A program made the position numbers and the translations under genes. This document shows positions 62,828-64,000 of a stretch of 64,000 bases of DNA, one piece after another (position 1 is the first letter of the stretch; every line of letters begins with the position of its first letter). The stretch comes from Carcharhinus longimanus (lineage: Eukaryota). The notes under the pieces are model-generated. The model had not been told where the DNA came from and searched no databases. It saw only the letters and a list, made by a program, of their open reading frames with translations. The DNA is taken from the NCBI GenBank assembly GCA_030264375.1, contig JASCQW010000043.1, positions 90,202,732-90,266,731 on the forward strand. The letters are read 5' to 3'.

Positions 62828-64000
62828 ATGGTTATCATCTTGGACTAGTCTTATCATGACAGTAGGGGAATTTAAATTTGGCTAATTAAATCAAATCTGG
62901 AATAAAAAGGTAGCATTAGTAATGGTGACCAAGAACCTACCAGATTGTTGTAAAAATTCATTTGGTTCACTAATAGAAATCTGCTATCCATTTGTGATCT
63001 AACCAATGTGTGATTTCAGACCAACAGCAACATGGTTAACTCTTAACTGCCCTCTGAAATGGCTTAGCAAACTGCTCAGTTGTATCAAAATCACTAGAAA
63101 AAAATTGATAAGAATAAAGGAGGACAGATCGTCCAGCACTGAACTTAACACCAGAAACAACACCCAGTGGAGGCGATGACCTAGTGTATTATCACTAGAC
63201 TATTAATCCAGAAACTCAGCTGATATTTTGAGGGTCAGGGTTGAATCCTACCATGGCAGATGATTGAATTTGAATTCAATAAAAAAAATCTGGAATTAAG
63301 AATCTACAGATGACCGTGAAACCATTGTCAAATGTCAGAAAAACCCATCTGATTCACTAATGTACTTTAAGGGAGGAAATTTGCCATCCTTACCTGGCCT
63401 ACATGACTCCAGAGCCACAGCAATGTGGTTGACTCTCAACTGCCCTCCAAGGGCAACTAGGGATGGGCAATAAATGCTGGCTAGCCAGCAACACCTATGC
63501 CCCACGAATGAGTAAAATAAAGGTTCAATTGACCTTGCAAAGTTCTCCTCAGGAACATGTGGTGGTGTGTGAGAAGTTTTTGCATTGGAAAATCTGTCCC
63601 ACAGTCTAATCATCAACAACGTAACATGGTCATACTTAAAGAATTATACCTTACTGTTAATGTCTCAGATTCTTCATCACCCATTCCTGAGAATATGCTG
63701 TCCACTGCCGGGACAGACCCAGCAGATATGGTGGCACAGTGGTATGCCGTCAGAAAGGAGTGGTCCTGGGCATCCTCAATATTAACTCCAAATATCATGA
63801 AATTTCATTATATCATGTGAGATATAGGCATAAATCTTTCTACGGGTTACCACCTAGCACACTCACTCATGTTGAAGAAACACTGAGTGTAGCGAGGGCA
63901 CAGAATGTACTCTGGGAAGGGGTCTTCAAGTCCAAGAGAGGCTTGGTAGCACCACTAATGACTGAGATGGCAGAATCCTGAAGGACAGGTGTAGCAAGAC
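62828..64000 (+). mobile_element. 5' end of a Crack/Zenon-like LINE (tRNA-like head, 5' UTR, endonuclease) with a nested SINE at 63168-63515
   Basis: The head and body resemble the SINE but continue past ctcagtt into 5' UTR. After the nested SINE come LSHSLI..MVILKELYL and VLGILNINSKYHEISLYHVR..THVEETLSVARAQNVLW (APE domain). Confidence 0.65.

Overview
This is eukaryotic vertebrate DNA, most likely from a shark or ray: it carries many HE1-type tRNA SINEs, Deu-domain SINEs and CR1 LINEs. It is a draft assembly with many N gaps. The only recognisable host gene is alkaline ceramidase 2 (acer2) on the minus strand. Three coding exons are visible: exon 4 (50034-~49897, its 3' end hidden in a 24-N gap), exon 5 (31960-31823) and terminal exon 6 (24688-24502). 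Exon numbering follows my recollection of the human gene; exons 1-3 were not found and probably lie beyond 64000. The rest is intron, probable 3' UTR and intergenic sequence filled with decayed mobile elements: CR1, L2 and Rex1/Babar LINEs, Gypsy LTR elements, Penelope-like elements with hammerhead-ribozyme remnants, and two PIF/Harbinger transposons plus derived MITEs. Nearly all ORFs in the supplied track are spurious or TE remnants. I see no prokaryotic-type system and cannot demonstrate a new system. The best leads are: (1) a solo LTR with a perfect 5-bp TSD that contains a 127-bp copy of nearby flanking DNA; (2) a LINE whose 5' UTR begins with a tRNA-like head, alongside SINEs that look like its head-plus-tail deletion derivatives; (3) hammerhead motifs with a compensatory stem change; (4) a 9-bp palindrome recurring in Harbinger-type MITEs; (5) a possible poison exon of acer2. 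Family names and reference sequences are from recall, not from database searches, and repeat boundaries are approximate.
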